Source: Octopus bimaculoides (Eukaryota). Taken from it: DNA of 41,996 nt. Shown piece by piece: positions 36,013-41,996 of the stretch. Position numbers and translations under genes: made by a program. The stretch is taken from assembly GCF_001194135.2 (NCBI RefSeq), contig NC_068982.1:117961956-118003951 (forward strand). Reading direction: 5' to 3'. Position 1 is the stretch's first letter. Each line of letters begins with the position of its first letter. The notes beneath the pieces are model-generated. The model did not search any database and was not told the DNA's origin. It saw only the letters and a list, made by a program, of their open reading frames with translations.

Positions 36013-36229
36013 TAGCATGTCCATTGTTCTTCTCTCAGCCCAATTTGCCCCCATCAACTGTCATGGCTTTGATAATGCCGTCAATTAAGGGACTGTCATT
36101 ATTAGGTCCTGGTTTTATGTCAGAATGCCCTTCTCCTAGAAGAGTTACCTTCACCACGGCTTATGAGCCTCATCTACCCCCACCCCCACCCACAGAAAAA
36201 ATATATACATATTTACACTTAAAAACGAT

Positions 36230-36640
36230 ATAAAATTTGAAATGTCCAACAATTTAAAAAGGTGGTCATTAAACTGTGCAGTAATTTTGGGAGCTGTACT
36301 TTTGTGAGCCTTTCTAACAATTCGCGTAAGAGTCTGACTGTCCCTATCTGAAAGTTTGGGGTTTCTTCCGATGTTTTGTTTCGACGAGGAAGCTTTCCAT
36401 CTCTCTCAAATGTTGTCATTAGTTTCAAGACAGTACTACTTGATGCACCAAACATTGCGGCTGTTTTGGTTACGCTAGTGCCTGCCATACGAACACCGAG
36501 AATTTGACCTCTTTGGAAGTTCAATAGATCTGTCATTTTAATGAATTTTAATTACCATTTTCTGTTGATATCTGAAACGAAACAGTAATTTTAGCAAAAC
36601 ATAATAAGCAACACTAATAATAAATAATAAAAAAAACCAT
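36230..36640 (-). mobile_element. Tc1-family transposase 5' fragment
   Basis: MTDLLNFQRGQILGVRMAGTSVTKTAAMFGASSSTVLKLMTTFERDG, then after a frameshift SSSKQNIGRNPKLSDRDSQTLTRIVRKAHKSTAPKITAQFNDHL. Confidence 0.88.
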
Positions 36641-36948
36641 NNNNNNNNNNNNNNNNNNNNNNNNNNNNNNNNNNNNNNNNNNNNNNNNNNNNNNNNNNNN
36701 NNNNNNNNNNNNNNNNNNNNNNNNNNNNNNNNNNNNNNNNNNNNNNNNNNNNNNNNNNNNNNNNNNNNNNNNNNNNNNNNNNNNNNNNNNNNNNNNNNNN
36801 NNNNNNNNNNNNNNNNNNNNNNNNNNNNNNNNNNNNNNNNNNNNNNNNNNNNNNNNNNNNNNNNNNNNNNNNNNNNNNNNNNNNNNNNNNNNNNNNNNNN
36901 NNNNNNNNNNNNNATATATATAGTTTTAGGGAAAATAACCAATTTTCA

Positions 36949-37145
36949 AAAACAGCCGCAATGTTTGGTGCATCAAGTAGTACTGTCTTGAAACTAATGA
37001 CAACATTTGAGAGAGATGGAAAACTTCCTCGTCGAAACAAAACATCGGAAGAAACCCCAAACTTTCAGATAGGGACCGTCAGACTCTTACGCGAATTGTT
37101 AGAAAGGCTCACAAAAGTACAGCTCCCAAAATTACTGCGCAGTTT
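36949..37145 (+). mobile_element. Inverted duplicate of the Tc1 fragment at 36271-36467
   Basis: 197 bp with 3 mismatches to the reverse complement of 36271-36467, carrying the same frameshift. Confidence 0.92.
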
Positions 37146-37453
37146 TTTACCTGTAATTTTGGATTTTGTCCCTAATATTATTATATATATATATACATAT
37201 ATACACACACATGCGTAAATATACATACGCACCCATGTACACATAATGTTGGTTGGCTTTTGAGTACATATGAGCTCTTCCGCCATTTGATAGGTCTTAT
37301 TTTTCGTCCTGAAGTGTATCTAACAATCATCCTCCACACTAAATAATCTTGATGAGGTTGCCAGTTCAGTTGCCGACGACCCGATCATGCCACAGGTTGT
37401 AGTGGGTTACAATAATACCAGTAGCGCTCAAGAGCGACCTCATACATATGTGT

Positions 37454-37527
<74 letters not shown>

Positions 37528-37946
37528 NNNNNNNNNNNNNNNNNNNNNNNNNNNNNNNNNNNNNNNNNNNNNNNNNNNNNNNNNNNNNNNNNNNNNNNNN
37601 NNNNNNNNNNNNNNNNNNNNNNNNNNNNNNNNNNNNNNNNNNNNNNNNNNNNNNNNNNNNNNNNNNNNNNNNNNNNNNNNNNNNNNNNNNNNNNNNNNNN
37701 NNNNNNNNNNNNNNNNNNNNNNNNNNNNNNNNNNNNNNNNNNNNNNNATATATAAATGTATCTAATTCTCTTGTATGTGTGTGTTTTGTTTGTGTACGCG
37801 TATTTAAGCATTCAGCTCTGTGAAAACTAATCAGTGTTTGTTAATGTCCATTAGCAGATCAGGAAAAATAATAAGCAAAAGATTAGAAAAAACACGAAAA
37901 ATAAAAAAGAGAATCGATTTGTATGGTTAATCTTTCAATGAATGCG

Positions 37947-37990
37947 ACAGCTTGGCCGCAGTCATATGACTACAACGATTAAATCAAAGA
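37947..37990 (+). mobile_element. SINE family A, tail remnant
   Basis: CAGCTTGGCCGCAGTCATATGACTACAAC resembles the reverse complement of 2505-2540. Confidence 0.55.
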
Positions 37991-38479
37991 TGAAATAAAC
38001 AAAAAAAACAAAAAGTTACTCGCTTCGATTCTGAAGATTCGGCAGACGAAGCTGTATTATATAGTTGCAACTTTATTATCCTAACTCAAGTATTAAGGTT
38101 TAGTAGTTTATTGAACATTATAACGACAAATTCCTACCTAATAACGATTTCGATTATATTACGAGAATAGAATAACCCTCCATTAGGATAATAAGTAATT
38201 TAACTTAGGTCATATTAATTTTATGTCTTATTTTTACATTGAATTAATCTGTTCGTTACATGGCAACGTAGGAGTAATTTAATGTAATTATTTATTAAAA
38301 AATAATAACATAAACACAATACTAACATACAATTACACGTGCTCTCACTCACGCATACACACAAGCCCACACACACAAATATGTATGTATATGCGTATGA
38401 ATGCATGCATAAATGCATGTATATAAACTTCCTGTGTTTGTATGTTTATATATGCATGCACATGTATATAAAAGGGTAG

Positions 38480-38640
38480 TATACGATGAGGATTCCACGA
38501 ATCGAGTAGCTATCTCAGAAACCTCGTGATATGGACTCAGGTAACCAGCCACATAGTAATCCAATACAGAGCAATGTGATGCAGAAAGCCAGTGCAGCTG
38601 ACATCCAGAATATCCGATCGATGAAATCATTTCATAAATA
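38480..38640 (+). mobile_element. Decayed tail of the same repeat family as the 9191-9266 hammerhead
   Basis: ACGATGAGGATTCCAC...TATCTCAGAAAC; the 12-mer TATCTCAGAAAC (38511-22) is identical to the minus strand of 9202-9213. Core motifs are mutated. Confidence 0.4.
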
Positions 38641-38672
38641 AATAGTATATAAACCATAAGATTCAAGAGGTA

Positions 38673-38733
<61 letters not shown>

Positions 38734-38869
38734 CAGGATCTTCAACAGGAAGGACTGAGAGAAAATAAAAAATAAACTTGTGGATCAGGCTGGTTGTGAA
38801 AAAAGTTTTGACAGCAGCGGTAGAAACAAGGGCAGATGGTAAAGAATTGATGATCCCAGCAAGAGAAGG

Positions 38870-39420
38870 TGTGCGTGCATGTATTGTACATGTCAGTGTG
38901 TGTATGTCTATGAATAGGGGCGAGTGAATAGGAGTGAGCGTGTGCATGTCTCATCTGTATGTGTACGTGTGCAACGTGTGTATGTATTTGTGTGTAACGT
39001 GTGTAGCAGTTGATGTGTGCTTTTTACACGTGGTGTGTGCACGTGTGTGTATGTGTGTGTGCGTGTGTGTGACCAACGAGTATGCATGTGTATGCTGTAT
39101 ATATGTGGGTGAAAGTTATCTTTGTGTATGCATGTTACGTGTATTAATGCGTGTTGCTTATGCATGTCTATATAACCTGTGTTCAGGTATTATGTGCTTG
39201 CGTGGGTGTGGGATTATATATTGACCGTGTCCATTTATTACGTGCTTGTGTTTTGGAGTGCGTATGATGATGTGTGGTGTGTGTACTGAGTTAAATAGTA
39301 TGTGTGGCTGCTCATATAGTGGTATGCGTTGTGATGCAATTGAAGATGATGTGTGGGTGTGTGAATGATGATGTGTGGTTTGGGTGCTGGGATGTGGTAT
39401 GTGCTAGTGTGTGTGGAGTG
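38870..39420. repeat. Degenerate TG-rich simple repeat
   Basis: Imperfect TG/TGTA/TGA tracts. Confidence 0.8.
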
Positions 39421-39454
39421 GTCTAGGGTTAGTATCAAATGAAGAGAAAAGATC

Positions 39455-39960
39455 TAGAATATGTCAAATGAAGAGAGGAGTGGGGTTGAGCCGATGTGAT
39501 GCAAAGGAGCGAAAGAGAAGATTAATTCATCACGGCGAAGGTGTGAGTCCGGATGCTCCCGTTGTAAAAACAGTCCGAACACAGACAGATGTGGTAGCGA
39601 ATGACTACTAGAGCAGAAATTGCATAAGATCAGGGTGTCATTGCCGAGTCTCATGTCTCGGAGATGCTCCGTGAACCAGTTAGCCAAGCGGCATCCCGTT
39701 TGACCGATGTAAAGGGAAGCACAGATAAACAGGAGATGACGTAAATGATGTTACTAGAAGTGCAGGTAAAGGAGTATGTACCTTGATAGGGACGATGATG
39801 GGTGCCTCTGAGGAAGGTGTTAGAGAGCTTGATGTGGGTAGGTTAAGAGGAGAAGTTAAGGTAGGGATGTGAGTCAGTGTGTTTTAGTGGATGGAGGTAG
39901 TGAGAACGGAGTGGTGTATACTGACAGAAATGTTGAATGCAGGAGAATTCGAAGGCAGGA
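39455..39960 (-). mobile_element. Penelope-like element GIY-YIG region, degenerate
   Basis: YSFTCTSSNIIYVISC...LYIGQTGCRLANWFTEHLRDMR...HSLPHLSVFGL. Confidence 0.88.
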
Positions 39961-39991
39961 CGGAAGGATTGAACAAAAGAGAGAAAAGAAG

Positions 39992-40137
<146 letters not shown>

Positions 40138-40729
40138 GAGAAATTATACAAGGAATGCATTTACGCAATCAATACAAAATTCAAAGCAAAATTTAAAGCA
40201 CTTAACGAAATAAATATACATATAAATTTATATAAATAAGCGAATAAAATTACATGTAAAAGTTCTGTGTAAAAACTGTGCATTATGTACGTTGCGCTCA
40301 GTTACCGAATGGAGAAGTAACAAATATAGAATCAAAAATACAAAGTAAGGCCTTCCAAAAGGAACTCCTCCAATCGATTAAGAATCTGATGTTTATATGA
40401 ATTGTCGGATGTTTTAAATCTCTGAGCGAGAAGTACCTAGAAACAATACTACAGAGTAAACTCTATTTTCCAGCGTAAGTTTGCAGTCATTATCTGGACG
40501 ATGTCACTCATTTTTTAGCGCTCGGAAAACATCTTTCCGGCTGGCCTCTGGCGCACAACTGCGTTCTTTGCTTCACTATTTTCCTTTCCTACTCATTCGA
40601 TTGATTTGTGGTGAAGCTAGTCACTTATTCAATCATAATCGGCTGTAGATTACATAAAGAACCCCTTATAGATATTACTCTGTAGTACAGTTCTTACCTA
40701 CTTCTCGTTCAGAGATTTAAAACTTCATA

Positions 40730-40824
40730 CACACACGTACACACACATATACGTATACATACATTTACGCACATATACAAACGCGTATACACACACATGC
40801 ACACACACACACACACACACAGAC

Positions 40825-40868
<44 letters not shown>
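40730..40868. repeat. Imperfect (CA)n microsatellite
   Basis: CA-rich tract. Confidence 0.9.
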
Positions 40869-40870
<2 letters not shown>

Positions 40871-41009
40871 ATAAGATTTCATATACAAGCACATGTCTGT
40901 AAGCATATAGTCGGTTCATAAGGCTAAAGAGTAAACATTTCAATTGGATTGAGTCTGCCAGCGGGATTATAAAAGTAATTTTAATGAATCGTTCAAACAA
41001 AAATATAAT

Positions 41010-41170
41010 AAAATAATATCTATGCTAGAGGCGATCAGGAGTGAAAGTAATGACATTTCAATTTGTAAAATAGCAGAATCAAATAACTCCGGTAATATGT
41101 AAGAAATTGTTAGGTCATGAAATTCGGAAATAAAAGGCTGGAATACTAAATATCAATGGATACCTGAGTA
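41010..41170 (+). mobile_element. Possible RNase H remnant of an I-group LINE
   Basis: One frame gives ISMLEAIRS...KGWNTKYQWIP (cf. DSLSALQAI...G-x-I-x-FQWIP), with two stops. The downstream GNE-AD motif is absent. Confidence 0.3.
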
Positions 41171-41956
41171 CATTTTACAAATTATAGACTTGCATGTTGT
41201 AGGGAATCATCCAATTTTATTGATCAACGTCATGAAGTTTGGTAGTGTAGGTCTTATACTTAAAGGTAAATTTATGTATAGTTAGCGAAAACGAACGATT
41301 TGTGTTTTTTAAGAGGCTGGCATGTTATAATCAACGCATCACTTTGCTTAATAATATGCGAAGATATTAGGATGCATCCATTTGTGCGCGCCTAGCACAA
41401 TAGTTCCAAGTTATTAGATTGTTGAACCAACATCGAGCAGTCACCAGTGATCCAAGATTTACTCTTTGTATATATATGATAATTGTTCCGGTAACCGATC
41501 CAATATTAGCGGCACTAGAGAATAATTTATTCAGAATTTCTTATATATCTGAGACGACATAAGACACATATGATAATGCTTTGCTGTGAGCAAAAACTAT
41601 TGATTAGGCCCATTTACACCCAGATTCATCCTGATTTCATGCTGGGAAATACTAACATATTACTTTGATACATATTAGTTTTATACATATTACTTTTAAA
41701 CCAAGCACGTCTACGAGAGGTGCCATCTGTGGCCGAATACCGCTATAAATTGCTTTTCAAGGACGTATTTACATTACGCATAAGCACAATTCAACTGCTT
41801 CTCTTACGTATAAGGAATACACACACGAACACAAACACACAAAGACAGACCCGTACCGATAATGTGTTTCAATATATGCATATGCATATTAGGTGTATGT
41901 GGGAGTGTGTATGTGCGTGTGATTTTACATCTATGCTTAAAATATACATACATATG

Positions 41957-41996
<40 letters not shown>

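Larger units (their letters stand above)
477..37747. other. Ten assembly gaps (about 477-862, 6482-6662, 8767-8915, 13477-14163, 15321-16132, 16955-17169, 22443-22688, 32095-32222, 36641-36913, 37528-37747)
   Basis: N runs, nearly all bordered by TA repeats, consistent with assembly breaks at long (TA)n tracts. Confidence 0.97.

Noticed and set aside
37350-37442. TTGATGAGGTTGC...GCGACCTCAT 10-bp inverted repeat
   Set aside because: No GAAA core follows, and an inverted repeat of this length is expected by chance.

Overview
AT-rich, microsatellite-dense eukaryotic DNA with 10 assembly gaps, most of them flanked by (TA)n. The SINE families, repeat content and gap pattern look like an Octopus (coleoid cephalopod) genome; this is an inference from recalled repeat sequences, not a database match. 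I found no host protein-coding exon, rRNA, true tRNA or CRISPR array that I can support. The recognisable content is decayed mobile DNA: Penelope-like elements (RT + GIY-YIG), R4/Dong-type, RTE and L1/Tx1-type LINE fragments, tRNA-headed SINEs, two mariner elements, an inverted-duplicated Tc1 fragment, and probable Helitron, hAT and piggyBac fossils. The most interesting signal is a 627-bp palindrome in a (TA)n tract (17189-17815; 299-bp arms, 6 mismatches, no indels). Each arm carries a complete Penelope-type minimal type I hammerhead ribozyme motif, one per strand. Two smaller inverted structures (10408-10519, 29847-29880) have arms resembling hammerhead 3' halves, and further hammerhead motifs sit at Penelope tails (9191-9266, 19263-19345). 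All family assignments come from manual translation and motif recognition and need HMM/BLAST confirmation.
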